Source of the DNA: a bacterium
GTDB lineage: Bacteria; UBA8248
Direction of reading: 5' to 3'
Length of the DNA stretch: 64,000 bases
Assembly: GCA_965199855.1 (NCBI GenBank)
Contig: OZ241326.1
Coordinates: forward strand, 32,001-96,000
Shown: positions 53,578 to 63,956 of the stretch, one piece after another
How the letters are laid out: each line of letters opens with the position of its first letter
Position numbering within the stretch: the first letter of the stretch is position 1
Notes under the pieces: generated by a model
Databases searched by the model: none
Told to the model about the DNA's origin: nothing
What the model saw: only the letters and a program-made list of their open reading frames with translations
Translations under genes and position numbers: made by a program

Positions 53578-54659
53578 TAGAGGGCGCCTCCCTCGGGCGG
53601 GGCGAATTCCCGGAGCGCCTCCTCCTTCCATTCCACCCCGAGCCCGGGTCTGTCGGAAAGAATCAGATTCCCGTCCCTGAGCTCCATCGGCTCCTCGATG
53701 ACGGCCTCCCACCAGGGCATGTACTCGCACCAGACGCCGTGCGGCTCCGCGCTCAGAAGATGCGCCGAGACCTCGTGGAACAGATGCGGGGTCACCGGCT
53801 TTCCGAACTCCTTCGCCAGCGCGGCCGCGCGGCGCCACCCGGTGACGCCGGAGCAGCGCTCGAGGTCCGGCATTAGGACGTCGGCCGCCCCCGCCTCGAG
53901 CAGCTGGCGCATCCCCCGGGGGTTGTAGTTCGTCTCCCCGGTGCAGATGGGGATGGCGCTGGCGGCGGCGACCTCCGCGCAGCCCTGAATATCCTCGTGA
54001 TCGACCGGCTCCTCCACCCAGCGAAGGCCGAAAGGCTCGAACGCCCGGCACGCCCGCTTGGCGGTCTCCACGTCCCACGCCTGGTTGGCGTCCACCATGA
54101 GCGCGACCTCGGGGCCTATCGCCGCGCGCACGGCGCGAATCCGCTCGACGTCCTCCTCCACGCGCCCGCCCACGCGGAGCTTCATCGCCCTGAAGCCGCG
54201 CGCCTTGAGCGAGGCGGCCTCCTCCTCGAGCTCCGCCGTCGTCAGGTTGAGCCAGAGACCCTCGCTCGCGTAGCAGGGAATCTCCCGCCTCTCGCCGCCG
54301 AGGAACCTCCAGAGCGGCTCGCCCGCCGCGCGGGCGGCCAGGTCCCAGCACGCGGTGTCCAGGGCGGACATGGCCAGCGCGCTCACGCCGTCTCGCCCCA
54401 CGAAGCTCGCCGCCTTGCGCATCGCCTCCCAGTTCGCGTCGGTCTCCGTCGGGTCCCTGCCCAGCAGGTTGGCGAACAAATCCCGCGCCATGGCCAGCAT
54501 CGCCCGCGCGCGCTCCGGCCCGAAGGCGAAGCACCAGCCGCGGCCCTTGAGCCCCTCCTTCGTCCGCAGGGTGACGCAGCAGGTATCGACGGCGCGCGCC
54601 TCGAAGGCGCCCACCCGGAGCGGCCGGGGCAGCGGCAAGCTCACGTGCGCCGGCGTCAT
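53577..54659 (-). CDS. Mandelate racemase / muconate lactonizing enzyme family
   Basis: SALDTACWDL, LMVDANQ, WVEEP, TGE and PGLGVE. Confidence 0.9.
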   Translation of the reverse strand: MTPAHVSLPLPRPLRVGAFEARAVDTCCVTLRTKEGLKGRGWCFAFGPERARAMLAMARDLFANLLGRDPTETDANWEAMRKAASFVGRDGVSALAMSALDTACWDLAARAAGEPLWRFLGGERREIPCYASEGLWLNLTTAELEEEAASLKARGFRAMKLRVGGRVEEDVERIRAVRAAIGPEVALMVDANQAWDVETAKRACRAFEPFGLRWVEEPVDHEDIQGCAEVAAASAIPICTGETNYNPRGMRQLLEAGAADVLMPDLERCSGVTGWRRAAALAKEFGKPVTPHLFHEVSAHLLSAEPHGVWCEYMPWWEAVIEEPMELRDGNLILSDRPGLGVEWKEEALREFAPPEGGAL

Positions 54660-54815
54660 GCCGATGATGGTCCTGGAAGAGGGCAGCGCGAGCCTCCCTG
54701 GCGGCCGGGCGGGCCTTCATCGTCCTGGCCCGGAAGATTACCCCGTTCGTCCCCGAATGGCTATAATCTCGCGGACGACTGCCTTCGGAAGCGAAGCCGG
54801 GGAGCGAAGCCGCCC

Positions 54816-55736
54816 ATGTCCGCCATCCGCCTTCAGAAGATCATCGCCCGGGCGGGCCTCGCCTCGCGCCGGGAGGCGGAGCGCCTGATTCTGGAGGGCC
54901 GCGTCCGGGTGAACGGGGAGCGCGTCGCCGCCCTCGGCGCCAGGGCCGACCCGCTCGCCGACGCCGTCAAGGTGGACGGGAAGCTCATCACGAGAAAGGA
55001 GCCGCCCGTCTATCTCGCGCTCAACAAGCCCAGGGGCGTGCTCACCACCATGCGGGACGAGGAGGGCAGGGACAGGCCGGCGGTGGCGGATTTGCTGCCC
55101 CGGGGACTCAGGCGCGTCTTCCCCGTCGGCAGGCTCGACTTCGACGTGGAGGGAGTGCTGCTGCTCACCAACGACGGCGAGATGGCGCACCGCCTCGCCC
55201 ATCCGCGATACGCGATCCCCCGCGTCTATGATGCGAAGGTGAAGGGGACGCCCTCCGGGGAAGCCCTCGCGCGCATGGCGGACGGCTCCTGGGCGCGCGG
55301 GCGCGGCGAGAGGCCGCAGGCGGCGCGGGCGCGGATTCTCCGGGGCAGGACGGAGAAGAACGCATGGCTCCGAATCGAACTGCGGGAGGGAAGACGGCAT
55401 CAGGTCAAGAACATGTGCGAGGCCGTGGGGCATCCCGTCCTCAGGCTGATCCGGCGCGCCTACGGAGGAATCACGGCGCGCGGCCTTCCCGGCGCCCGTG
55501 TCCGGACGCTCACGGGCGAGGAGGTCGAAAGGCTGAAGGAGATGACGAAGCTCCGCCCGCCCGCGGCGAAGCGCCCGGCCTCGAAGGCGGGCTGGGCCAG
55601 GGCCGCAAAGCGCCCGAAGCGCCGCGGCGCGCGGGAGGCGAACCCCCGGGGTAAAAGCGCGGACGCCGAAAGCCGGCCGCCGCGGGAGCGAGGCCGCCCC
55701 GGAGGCGCGGGCGGCCCGGAAGGGCGCGCGCGATGA
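54816..55736 (+). CDS. rluB: 23S rRNA pseudouridine synthase (RluB-like)
   Basis: RLQKIIARAGLASRREAE (S4 domain), NKPRG, PVGRLD and EGRRHQVK. TATAAT at 54762-54767. Confidence 0.88.
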   Translation: MSAIRLQKIIARAGLASRREAERLILEGRVRVNGERVAALGARADPLADAVKVDGKLITRKEPPVYLALNKPRGVLTTMRDEEGRDRPAVADLLPRGLRRVFPVGRLDFDVEGVLLLTNDGEMAHRLAHPRYAIPRVYDAKVKGTPSGEALARMADGSWARGRGERPQAARARILRGRTEKNAWLRIELREGRRHQVKNMCEAVGHPVLRLIRRAYGGITARGLPGARVRTLTGEEVERLKEMTKLRPPAAKRPASKAGWARAAKRPKRRGAREANPRGKSADAESRPPRERGRPGGAGGPEGRAR

Positions 55737-55794
55737 ACGGAGCGGACGCGGGGAAACGCCGCGAGGCTTTCTGTGGTATGATGCCGAACCACGC

Positions 55795-56430
55795 ATGGCG
55801 ACAAACGCAGGGGCCGCATCGACGATGAGCGCATCAGCCTCGAACAGACTGACGCTGGCGACCAAGATCACCCTGGCGCGCGTGCTCCTCATCCCCGTTT
55901 TCCTGATCTGTCTCGCCTACAGGAGGCCGGGCGCTGCCTTGGCCGCGTTCATCGCCGCGTGCGTGGCGGACGGCGTGGACGGCCACATCGCGCGCAGGCG
56001 CGGCGAGATGACGGAGCTGGGCGCCATTCTCGACCCCATCGCGGACAAGCTGCTCATGTTCGCCGCGTATATGATGATGGGGATTTCGGGGCACATCCCC
56101 CCCTGGCTGGCCATCGCCGTGGTGAGCCGGGATCTCCTGCTCTGCATCGGCTGCCTGGCGCTGTTCATGACGGTGGGCTTTCAGACGCCCTCGCCTTCCC
56201 TGCTGGGCAAGGCCGCCACGACCGTCCAGATGATCGCGGCGGGCGCCGCCCTGCTGGCGGCTGCGCTGGAGGCGGACGGGAACGCGGCGATGCTCTCCGT
56301 GTTCCTGCTCGCCTGCGCGCTGACGGTCGCCTCGGGCGCCCATTATCTCTTCTTCGTGGGCGCGCGGATGATCTCCCAGAAGCCGGAGGGCGGCGAAGCC
56401 GGAAAATCCACCCCCACGGCCCGAATCTGA
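55795..56430 (+). CDS. CDP-alcohol phosphatidyltransferase (PgsA-like)
   Basis: DGVDGHIARRRGEMTELGAILDPIADK. Confidence 0.9.
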   Translation: MATNAGAASTMSASASNRLTLATKITLARVLLIPVFLICLAYRRPGAALAAFIAACVADGVDGHIARRRGEMTELGAILDPIADKLLMFAAYMMMGISGHIPPWLAIAVVSRDLLLCIGCLALFMTVGFQTPSPSLLGKAATTVQMIAAGAALLAAALEADGNAAMLSVFLLACALTVASGAHYLFFVGARMISQKPEGGEAGKSTPTARI

Positions 56431-56446
56431 CGCGAGGCGAAAGAAC

Positions 56447-57505
56447 ATGGACAATCCGCCTCAAATCCTCACCTGGAAGCGCATCTGGCTCATCCTCATC
56501 CTCGTCGGCGCCCTCTGGCTCCTGTCGAGCGCGCGCGCCGCCCTGGTTCCCCTGGCGGTCTCCTTCATCCTCGCCTACGCGCTCGAGCCCCTCGTCGAGA
56601 CGCTGGAGACCTGGAAAATCCCGCGCCCCCTCGCCGTCCTGCTTCTTCTGCTGGGGCTGGGCGTGCTGCTGTTCGTTCTGTGGGCGAGCATCGCCCCCGT
56701 CGTGCAGGAGCAGCTCGCCGCGTTCGCCAGAAAACTCCCCGGCTATCTGCGCGTCGTCGAAACGTGGCTCATCTCCACGCTCGACGGATTCCAGATAGCC
56801 GCCGCCTCCGAGCTCAAGAAATACCTCGCGGAGAACCTCTCCGTCCTGGCGCAAATCCCGCTCTCCGCCCTGAGAACGGGCGGCTCGTTCCTGCTGAGGA
56901 CGACGAGCGGCCTCTTCTCCATCGCCCTGGGGCTGGTCTATCTCGTCCTCATTCCCGTCATGACCTTCTACATCCTGCGGGATCGCGGCCAGATATCCGA
57001 GGCGTTCTTCTCCTACGTTCACCGCGACTACCGCGAGGAGGTGGAAAAGAGGATTTTCAGGCTCGACGAGCTGCTGGGCGCGTTCATCAAGGGCCAGCTG
57101 CTCATCGCCCTCATCCTCTCCGCCCTCTACGTGCTGGGCTTCTTCCTCGTGGACGCCCCGCTCTGGCTGGTGCTGGGCATCTTCACGGGCCTCTCCAGCA
57201 TGTTCCCCTACGTGGAGTGGATCGTGGCGCTGCCGATCGTCCTCCTGCTCTCGGCGATCGCCCACCAGGACTGGATCCACCCCGTGGCGACGCTCGCCGT
57301 GTTCGGCGTCATCTCGCCCGTGGCGGGCGCGTTCCTCGTGCCGCGCGTCCTGGGCGACCGCATCGGGCTTCACCCGGTGGTGGTGATCGTCTCCATCATG
57401 ATCGGGGGGGAGCTCATGGGCTTCGCGGGGATTCTCCTGGCCGTTCCCTTCGCGGCGAGCGCCAAGGTGGGCCTGGAGGCGGTGTATGACTACTACCTGA
57501 AGTGA
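56447..57505 (+). CDS. AI-2E family transporter
   Basis: LAYALEPLV, GQLLIA, PRVLGDRIGLHP and GILLAVP. Confidence 0.9.
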   Translation: MDNPPQILTWKRIWLILILVGALWLLSSARAALVPLAVSFILAYALEPLVETLETWKIPRPLAVLLLLLGLGVLLFVLWASIAPVVQEQLAAFARKLPGYLRVVETWLISTLDGFQIAAASELKKYLAENLSVLAQIPLSALRTGGSFLLRTTSGLFSIALGLVYLVLIPVMTFYILRDRGQISEAFFSYVHRDYREEVEKRIFRLDELLGAFIKGQLLIALILSALYVLGFFLVDAPLWLVLGIFTGLSSMFPYVEWIVALPIVLLLSAIAHQDWIHPVATLAVFGVISPVAGAFLVPRVLGDRIGLHPVVVIVSIMIGGELMGFAGILLAVPFAASAKVGLEAVYDYYLK

Positions 57506-57638
57506 GCGCCTCGCCCGCGGCGTTCCCTGAAGGATCGGCGCGCGGCGGCGGCTACGCCGGGACTTCCGTCTGCAGCCTGCAACGAGTCGGCGAATCGCTG
57601 AAAGGATATGGAGAAACGCGACGCTCGAATTTCGCCGC

Positions 57639-58655
57639 TCAATCTCCCCATTCCCGCTCGGCCCATCTCAAAATTTTGTTTTCCCGCCGTTCAATGGCTT
57701 TTAGCCCCCACTTCTGCTTCGTCGAAGCCACCTCCCAAGCCGTGCGAAGCCCGGTATCACGATACGCGCTGAACTTCTTCTCCGGAGGCTTGTCTTTCAA
57801 ACTGGAATTCAAGCCCGGAGGCAAGAGCATGAGGTTGCCGAGGCGGTGGACATTGTAGGCGGATGGCTCGCTTTGCGGAGTGATGTGTTCGATGGACATC
57901 TCCTCCCGCCATATTTTCTCCCGGTGATCATCGGCAATCCTTTCGCCCGCCTCTTCCGCCTCTTTTGTCAGGTGTTCTTCATACCGACGCATGATATACT
58001 TTAATCCCTCGTCCCAATTCGTATAACAATCCACATCTCGCAGATTTTTCACGACGGCTTCAACAGGATAGTCCCTTCCAATCTCTCTAATCCTCGACTG
58101 AATGTCCTTAACGGGAAATGTTTTTTTGTTTATTACATCCCGCGCAAGTCTGATATAGGCATCCACCGCAGTTCGCGGCTTTATCTCCTTACCGTATATT
58201 CTCATACCGTATATTCTGAAAGAAACTTTCTCCCAGCAGGCCAACAAGTCTTGTCGCTCCTTATCGCTCATATCTTCTCTGACCCTTATAGCGACGCCCA
58301 ACGCAAGCACCTGCTCATTCCCGATAACTGCTTTCAGCCTGGGATCTGAACACATTGATTGGCAGGCTTTCGCGACCTTCAGAAGCCATTGGGAAACTTT
58401 CCTGATGTTAGCTGGATCATCTGCGCGCTTCCCTAATATCTCGACAGCTTCTTTCTCATCCAAAGGTTGAGATTTTCCGTAGGAATCATAGAGCGTCGCG
58501 GCAAATCGCCAAGCCTCAGCGCGCCGAATCTCCCCCGGGAACCGGGAGATATCATAGAGCGTCGCGGCAAAACACAAGGCGCCAGCGCTTAATCCCTGAT
58601 CCAGTCCAACCTCTTTGCAGATATCACGGCAAACGTTATGGAGTTCTCTCATCAA
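57639..58655 (-). CDS. DUF1524/HNH (GmrSD C-terminal-like) protein, probably N-terminally truncated
   Basis: SIEHITPQ..HRLGNLMLL..LNSSLKDK..KW...IERR. AT-rich, with no DUF262 (DGQQR) domain upstream. Confidence 0.7.
   Translation of the reverse strand: MMRELHNVCRDICKEVGLDQGLSAGALCFAATLYDISRFPGEIRRAEAWRFAATLYDSYGKSQPLDEKEAVEILGKRADDPANIRKVSQWLLKVAKACQSMCSDPRLKAVIGNEQVLALGVAIRVREDMSDKERQDLLACWEKVSFRIYGMRIYGKEIKPRTAVDAYIRLARDVINKKTFPVKDIQSRIREIGRDYPVEAVVKNLRDVDCYTNWDEGLKYIMRRYEEHLTKEAEEAGERIADDHREKIWREEMSIEHITPQSEPSAYNVHRLGNLMLLPPGLNSSLKDKPPEKKFSAYRDTGLRTAWEVASTKQKWGLKAIERRENKILRWAEREWGD
58485..58571. repeat. 21-bp perfect direct repeat with 66-bp period
   Basis: ATCATAGAGCGTCGCGGCAAA at 58485-58505 and 58551-58571, encoding FAATLYD twice. 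Confidence 0.85.
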
Positions 58656-58725
58656 AAATCACCATCGGTTGCGCGCTATCGCAAGACACGCAGAAAACCA
58701 ACGGGCATTTCGCCCCGCCACCCCT

Positions 58726-59250
58726 CTACGCCGGCACCTCCACCTCCCGATCCGCCGCGCGCGCCATCAGGAAGAGAAGGTCGGAGAGGCGGTTCAGGTA
58801 GATGAGCAGGTCGGGGTTGTCGATGTAGCCCTCGTCCCGCAGGCGCACCGCGCGCCTCTCGCCCCGGCGGAGGATGGTGAGCGCCAGGTCCAGGGCGGCG
58901 CCGCAGGCGGAATCGCCCGAGATCACCCAGTCGGTTACGCGAATCCGCTCCTCGTAGCGCGCCACCTGCGCGTCGGCCCACGCCGCGTGGGAGGCGTCCA
59001 CGCGCTCCCTGAGCCTGCCCGCCTTGCCCCGGAGCGTCGCCAGGTCGCTGCTGGCGAGGTAGAGATCCTTCTGGATTTTGAGAATCTCGGGCGCGAGCCA
59101 CGCGGGCGCCGCCGCGCGGGCGAGGCCGAGCGCCGCCTTCGCCTCGTCCAGCGCGCCGCAGGCCTCGACCTGGGGGTGGTGCTTGGGTACCCTGTCCGCG
59201 AACCACAAATCGGTGCCGCCGTCGTCTCCCCGCCTGGTGACGATGGACAT
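58726..59250 (-). CDS. PduO-type cob(I)alamin adenosyltransferase
   Basis: IVTRRGDDGGT, GALDE, RRGERR and YLNRLSDLLFLMAR. Confidence 0.9.
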   Translation of the reverse strand: MSIVTRRGDDGGTDLWFADRVPKHHPQVEACGALDEAKAALGLARAAAPAWLAPEILKIQKDLYLASSDLATLRGKAGRLRERVDASHAAWADAQVARYEERIRVTDWVISGDSACGAALDLALTILRRGERRAVRLRDEGYIDNPDLLIYLNRLSDLLFLMARAADREVEVPA

Positions 59251-59282
59251 CGAAGCCCTCCCCCTCGGGCCGGAGCCTCCCG

Positions 59283-60344
59283 CTAGAGTCTCCTGATGAC
59301 GTCGGAGGCCGCGGATCTCGTCGTGCCGGTTCCGCCCAGGTCGACCGTCCGGTTCCCTTCCGCCAGATGCTCCCGAATCGCCCCGTCGAGCCTTTTGGCG
59401 GCCTTCTCCTCGCCCAGGTAGTCGAGCATCAGGGCGGCGGAGAACAGCGCGGCCACCGGGTTGGCGATTCCCTTGCCCATGATGTCGGGCGCCGAGCCGT
59501 GCACGGGCTCGAACAGGCCGGGCGCCTCCCCCTTCGGGTTCGTGTTCGCGCTGGCGGCGACGCCCAGCCCGCCGACGATGGCCGCGCCCAGATCCGTGAG
59601 GATGTCCCCGAAGAGGTTGGTGGACACCACCACGTCGAAGCGCTCGGGCCGCCGCACGAACTCGAGGGCGGCGGCGTCCACGAGGTATTTCGCCGTCTTC
59701 ACGCCCCGGTAGCGCGGCCGCGCGGCCACCTCCTCGAAAATCTCGTCCCACATCACCAGCGTGTGGCCCTGCGCGTTCGACTTCGTGACGTTGGTCACGC
59801 GCTTCCTGCGCCCGAGCGACGCCTCGAACGCCGCCTCGATGATCCGCTCGCAGCCCCCGCGCGTGAAGAGCGCGATCTGCGCGGCGAGCTCCTGGGGATG
59901 CCCCTCGTAGTGCCTGCCGCCGACGGGGCTGTATTCCCCCTCGGTGTTCTCGCGGAAGAAGAGCATGTCGATGTCCCCCGCCCCGTAGCCCCGAAGCGGC
60001 GACTCCAGCCCCTCGTAGAGAACGATGGGGCGCATGTTGACGTACAGGTCGAACCCCCTGCGGATCGGGAGCAGGAGCTGGCTGAGGGTGACGTGGTCGG
60101 GGATGTCCGGCCGGCCCACGGCGCCCAGCAGAATGGCGTCGTGGCGGCGGACGCGCTCGAGGAAGTTCTCCGGGCACATGCGGCCCGTCGCGTGGTAGAA
60201 GTCGCTCCCCCAGGGGTATTTCGAGAAGGAGAACTCCAGGCCGCGCTGGGACTTCGCCAGCGCCCGCAGGACGCGCGCCGCCTGGCCGAGGACTTCGGGG
60301 CCGATTCCGTCCGCCGGAATCAGCCCGACGCTGTGCTTCGCCAT
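59283..60344 (-). CDS. Tartrate / 3-isopropylmalate dehydrogenase family
   Basis: DGIGPEV, RENTEGEY, NLFGDILTDL and FEPVHGSAPDI. Confidence 0.9.
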   Translation of the reverse strand: MAKHSVGLIPADGIGPEVLGQAARVLRALAKSQRGLEFSFSKYPWGSDFYHATGRMCPENFLERVRRHDAILLGAVGRPDIPDHVTLSQLLLPIRRGFDLYVNMRPIVLYEGLESPLRGYGAGDIDMLFFRENTEGEYSPVGGRHYEGHPQELAAQIALFTRGGCERIIEAAFEASLGRRKRVTNVTKSNAQGHTLVMWDEIFEEVAARPRYRGVKTAKYLVDAAALEFVRRPERFDVVVSTNLFGDILTDLGAAIVGGLGVAASANTNPKGEAPGLFEPVHGSAPDIMGKGIANPVAALFSAALMLDYLGEEKAAKRLDGAIREHLAEGNRTVDLGGTGTTRSAASDVIRRL

Positions 60345-60384
60345 CGCTTCTCCTTCACGCTCCCGCCCGCCGGGCCGGGAAGGG

Positions 60385-61965
60385 TCAAAGTCCCTTCTCG
60401 ATGAGATATTCCACCGGATTGTAGTCGTCCGTCAAAACCGGGCCGTAGAGGCGCGGCGGGGGGGGCGCCACGCGGGCGCGCGCGGCGAACCGGAACTTCG
60501 GGTCGCGGCGCATCCGCTCCTCCAGACGGCGGAAGCGGCCCGCCTCCCGATCCCGGAAGCCGAAGAGGAGGATGTTCTGCGGCTGGGCGGGCGCGTCGGG
60601 GTCGGTGCTGTAGAGGAGCAGGTCGGGAAACGCCGTCTTCATGGTGCGATAGACGGAGGCGTATATCGCGCTTCCGGGGCCCGAGCGGTAGCCGATGAGG
60701 TTCAGCATGAACGCGCCGCCGGGCGCCAGGCGCGCGCGCGCCTCCTCGAAAAACTCCCGGGTGACCAGGTGCGGCGGGATGTTCCGCAGACCGCGGTAGG
60801 CGTCGCCCACGATGAGGTCGTACGTCCGCCCCGAGCGCCTCAGGACGCGCCTGCCGTCTCCCGCCACCGTCTCGATATCCGGAAACTCGCCGAGGCGGAA
60901 GAACCTGCGCCCCGCCCGGACGACCTCCTCGTCGAGCTCCACGACGGCTATCTCCGTCTCCGGCCTCATCAGGCGCAGCGCCTTGGGCATCGTGAACGCG
61001 CCGCCGCCGATGAAAATCGCCCTCCTCATGCGGGGGACGAACAGCGGCGCCAGCTCCAGAAACCGGGTGTATTCATAGAAATACCCGCGGGCGTCGCCCA
61101 GTACCATCGCCCCCTCGGGCTGATGATCCAGAAACAGCTCGCGCACCCGCCGGCCGTCCTCCCCGGCGCGCTCGAACACGCGAATCATGTGGTACATGTT
61201 CTCCCCCGCCCAGATCGCCTCCTTTCCGACGCCGGGGAGGGCGCGCAGCCACGCCGCGCCCGCCAGCGCCGAGAGCGAGGCGAACGCCGCCATAAGCAGG
61301 CTCGCCCGCGCGCTTCGCTTCGAGAAGAGGCCCGCGAGCTCGCCGGAAAGCCAGAGCCCCGCGAGCGCCGTGAGCATGAGCGCGCCCGCCGTCGTCAGGA
61401 AGATGCCGTTCAGCCCGAAGAAGGGGATGAAGACGAAGCCCGTCGCGAAGGTTCCCACGATGCTCCCGACGGTGGACCAGGTGAAGAGGCCGCCCGTCAC
61501 CGCCCCGATGCTCCCGTCTCCCCGCGCGGCGAGCTTCACGGCGAAGGGCGTCAGCGTGGCGAGGACGCAGCCCGGCGCGGCGAAAAGCGCGAGCCCGGCG
61601 AACACCGGGCCCGCCCGGAGGCTGAAGCCCTCCTCCATCGAGGGAAGCAGAAGCCCCCGCAGCGCCGGGACTAGAGCCACCAGGCTCGCGCCGGCCAGCA
61701 TGAGCGCGAAGAACAGCCTGGGCGAGGGTCTCCGATCCGCGAGCCTCCCCCCGATGGAATAGCCCAGGCTCAGCGCGGCGAGGATGACGCCGATCATCGA
61801 GGTCCACGTGTAGAGCGTGTTGCCGAAATGGGGAGCGAGCACGCGCCCCGCGGCGATCTCCAGCGCGAGAATCGAGCCGCCGGAGAGAAAAACCGCGAAA
61901 TGCAGATACCAGCCCGCCACTCCCCCCGCTTCGGTCTGGCGCGCGCGCCCGGGCCGCTTCGACAC
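60385..61965 (-). CDS. Fused membrane / spermidine synthase-like methyltransferase
   Basis: N-terminal TM block (LEIAAGRVLAPHFGNT) and a SAM domain (IGGGAF, VELD, GDGR, DAY, HLVTREF). Confidence 0.88.
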   Translation of the reverse strand: MSKRPGRARQTEAGGVAGWYLHFAVFLSGGSILALEIAAGRVLAPHFGNTLYTWTSMIGVILAALSLGYSIGGRLADRRPSPRLFFALMLAGASLVALVPALRGLLLPSMEEGFSLRAGPVFAGLALFAAPGCVLATLTPFAVKLAARGDGSIGAVTGGLFTWSTVGSIVGTFATGFVFIPFFGLNGIFLTTAGALMLTALAGLWLSGELAGLFSKRSARASLLMAAFASLSALAGAAWLRALPGVGKEAIWAGENMYHMIRVFERAGEDGRRVRELFLDHQPEGAMVLGDARGYFYEYTRFLELAPLFVPRMRRAIFIGGGAFTMPKALRLMRPETEIAVVELDEEVVRAGRRFFRLGEFPDIETVAGDGRRVLRRSGRTYDLIVGDAYRGLRNIPPHLVTREFFEEARARLAPGGAFMLNLIGYRSGPGSAIYASVYRTMKTAFPDLLLYSTDPDAPAQPQNILLFGFRDREAGRFRRLEERMRRDPKFRFAARARVAPPPPRLYGPVLTDDYNPVEYLIEKGL

Positions 61966-62109
61966 CGCTCGCTCCTCGAAAGGAAAAGCCGCACTCTATG
62001 GCAGGCGGGGCGCGGAGGCAAGCCTCGGCTCCGCCTGGATTTTTTCGCGCCGATGGCGCATAAAGGGAGCCGCGAGCGCCGCGATTTTTCCGGAAACTGA
62101 GAAGAGGCC

Positions 62110-62799
62110 TTGGCTTTCGATAAGGTGTATCCATCCTCCCGAGCCGCCGTCGCCGACATTCCCGACGGCGCGACCATCCTGCTGGGCGGGTTCGGCGGCG
62201 CGGGCATTCCCGAGAACCTCCTCGTCGCCATGGCCTCGCACCCGGCGCGCGATCTGACCGTCGTCACCAACCACGCGGGCTTCGGCGAGCGGGGACTCGC
62301 CGTTCTGCTGCGCCAGGGCAAGGTGCGGAAAATCATCTGCAGCTACGCCTTCCACAAGAGCGCGTTCGTGTTCCGGGAGCTGTTCCTGGCGGGGAAAATC
62401 GAGCTTGAGCAGATACCCCAGGGGACCATGGCCGAGAGAATCCGCGCGGCGGGCGCCGGGATTCCCGCCTTCTACACGCCGACGGGCGTGGGCACGCAGG
62501 CGGCGGAGGGAAAGGAGACCCGCGTCATCGACGGGCGCGAGACCCTGCTGGAATACCCCCTGCCCGGAGACGTCGCCGTCATCAAGGCCCACCGCGCCGA
62601 CGGCATGGGCAACCTCACCTACCGGGGCACCGCCGCGAACTTCAACCCCGTCATGGCGGCGGCCGCTCCGCTCACCATCGCCGAGGTGGAGGAAATCGTG
62701 GCGCCCGGCGAGATCGCCCCCGAACACGTGCACACGCCGTCGATCTACGTGCAGAGGGTCGCGCGAGGAGAAGACCTTGGCCTCCGATCAGAGACTTGA
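62110..62799 (+). CDS. 3-oxoacid CoA-transferase subunit A
   Basis: GGFGGAGIPENL, PQGTMAERIRAAGAGIPAF and NFNPVMA. Confidence 0.92.
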   Translation: MAFDKVYPSSRAAVADIPDGATILLGGFGGAGIPENLLVAMASHPARDLTVVTNHAGFGERGLAVLLRQGKVRKIICSYAFHKSAFVFRELFLAGKIELEQIPQGTMAERIRAAGAGIPAFYTPTGVGTQAAEGKETRVIDGRETLLEYPLPGDVAVIKAHRADGMGNLTYRGTAANFNPVMAAAAPLTIAEVEEIVAPGEIAPEHVHTPSIYVQRVARGEDLGLRSET

Positions 62800-63472
62800 A
62801 GCCCGCGCCCTGCGGCCGGCCGACATGGCGCGGCGCGTGGCGGCGGAGCTGCCCGAAGGCGCCGTGGTGAACCTGGGGATAGGCATCCCCACGCTGGCGG
62901 CGAACTACGTGGCGGCCGACCGCGGGGTGATGTTCATGGCGGAGAACGGCGTCATCGGCGCAGGTCCCCGGCCCGCGCCCGGCCAAGAGGACAAGGACTA
63001 CATCAACGCGTCGAGAGAGCCCATCACCGCGCTTCCGGGCGCCTCGGTGTTCGGACACGCCGACGCCTTCGCCATGATCCGCGGAGGCCACGTGGATATC
63101 GCCGTCATGGGCGCCCTCCAGGTCTCCGCGCGGGGCGACCTGGCGAACTGGACGGTGCCGGGGCTGGGCAAGGGCGGCATCGGCGGGGCGATGGACCTCG
63201 CCGCCGGCGCGGGCGAGGTCTATGCCGTGATGACCCACACCATGAAGGACGGCGGCCTGAAGCTGCTGAACGAATGCTCCTATCCCCTCACCGCGCGGGG
63301 GGTGGTCTCCAAACTCTTCACCGACATCGCCGTCATCGAGTTCGCTCCCGACGGCCCGCGTCTGAGAGAAGTGGCCGCCGGCCTCTCCGTCGAGGACGTG
63401 CAGCGCGTGAGCGAACCCAGGCTCATATCGGGCGAGCCGCCCGGCGCGATGACGCGCGGGGAGCCGGACTAG
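62777..63472 (+). CDS. 3-oxoacid CoA-transferase subunit B
   Basis: VNLGIGIPT, AENG (catalytic Glu), MIRGGHVD and GGAMDL. Confidence 0.92.
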   Translation: MASDQRLEARALRPADMARRVAAELPEGAVVNLGIGIPTLAANYVAADRGVMFMAENGVIGAGPRPAPGQEDKDYINASREPITALPGASVFGHADAFAMIRGGHVDIAVMGALQVSARGDLANWTVPGLGKGGIGGAMDLAAGAGEVYAVMTHTMKDGGLKLLNECSYPLTARGVVSKLFTDIAVIEFAPDGPRLREVAAGLSVEDVQRVSEPRLISGEPPGAMTRGEPD

Positions 63473-63503
63473 AGAATTCCTTTCATTCACGGGAGCGGGC
63501 CTC

Positions 63504-63932
63504 ATGGGATACAGCGCGGGAAACGTCATCGTCACCACCCTTCACGTCCTGAGCGCCATCCTGGCGGTCGGAGGCGTCGCCTTTCTCCGCTTCGTCGTCC
63601 TGCCGACGGCGAAGGGGCTGCCCGAAGCCGAGCGCGGGCCGTTTCTCAAGAGCGTCCAGCGGAGGTTCACGCCGATTCTGCACGGCTCCTTTCTGCTGCT
63701 GCTCCTGACGGGGCTTCACCACGTCGCCCGCCTCGTTCGGAGCGGCCTCGCCGTTCCGGGGGCGCTGATCGTCAAGATCGTCCTCGCCCTCGTCATCATC
63801 TTCGTGGGCGTCGCGCTCACCATGCCGCGCGGCTTCGAGGGCATGAAGGCCAGGCGCGGCGCCTGGCTCCTGTTCAACCTGATCCTCGCGCTCGTCGTCG
63901 TCTATCTGGGCGTCTCGGTCACCCACGGATAG
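63504..63932 (+). CDS. Four-helix membrane protein (CopD/DUF4149-like)
   Basis: LHVLSAILAVGG..F..VVLP, LLTG and IVKIVLA. Confidence 0.65.
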   Translation: MGYSAGNVIVTTLHVLSAILAVGGVAFLRFVVLPTAKGLPEAERGPFLKSVQRRFTPILHGSFLLLLLTGLHHVARLVRSGLAVPGALIVKIVLALVIIFVGVALTMPRGFEGMKARRGAWLLFNLILALVVVYLGVSVTHG

Positions 63933-63956
63933 CGCCCTCAAAGGGGAGCGGACGCG

